A DNA stretch of 64,000 bases. Source: Tubiluchus corallicola (taxonomy: Eukaryota; Animalia; Priapulida). Below are positions 63,893 to 64,000 of this stretch, piece by piece; position 1 is the stretch's first letter, and each line of letters begins with the position of its first letter. The notes beneath the pieces are model-generated. The model had not been told where the DNA came from, ran no database searches, and worked only from the letters and a program-made list of their open reading frames with translations. The DNA is taken from the NCBI GenBank assembly GCA_030141605.1, contig JAQGDQ010002366.1, positions 8,660 to 72,659 on the forward strand, written 5' to 3'. The position numbers and the translations under genes are program-made.

Positions 63893-64000
63893 GGCTAAAT
63901 GTGGTGGTGGTGTAAGACTATAGATCACTCACTGGGCCTTGTCTCTCGAAAATCATACATAAAGTTTGTTTACAAAGAACTTTTGTGCACCTCAAAACCG

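Overview
AT-rich eukaryotic (invertebrate-type) genomic DNA at the edge of a satellite array. 1-24463 is a tandem satellite of two interleaved monomer classes (~206-212 bp and 184 bp), both built from ~34-35 bp sub-repeats and arranged in irregular higher-order repeats. It is interrupted by a near-full-length but dead RTE-clade LINE (18166-21322, 8-bp TSD) whose 5' end lies inside a twister ribozyme. The array ends in the protease of a truncated Gypsy element with a 568-aa open gag. The rest is largely decayed transposons: L2/CR1 LINEs, an RTE-BovB fragment starting exactly at the cleavage site of an apparently complete HDV-like ribozyme, a Penelope-like element, a tandem BEL/Pao element, Gypsy pol, P/Academ-like remnants and a MITE with a 9-bp TSD. 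These lie in the introns of a minus-strand Shaw/Kv3-type potassium channel gene; four phase-compatible exons are visible (60832-59996, 41178-41028, 31536-31141, 30523-30405) and its T1 exon was not found in the window. I see no prokaryotic-type system or CRISPR array and cannot claim a wholly new system. The most notable signals are the two different self-cleaving ribozymes capping RTE LINEs, the LINE junction architecture and the hierarchical satellite. All calls come from reading the sequence by eye; no searches were run.
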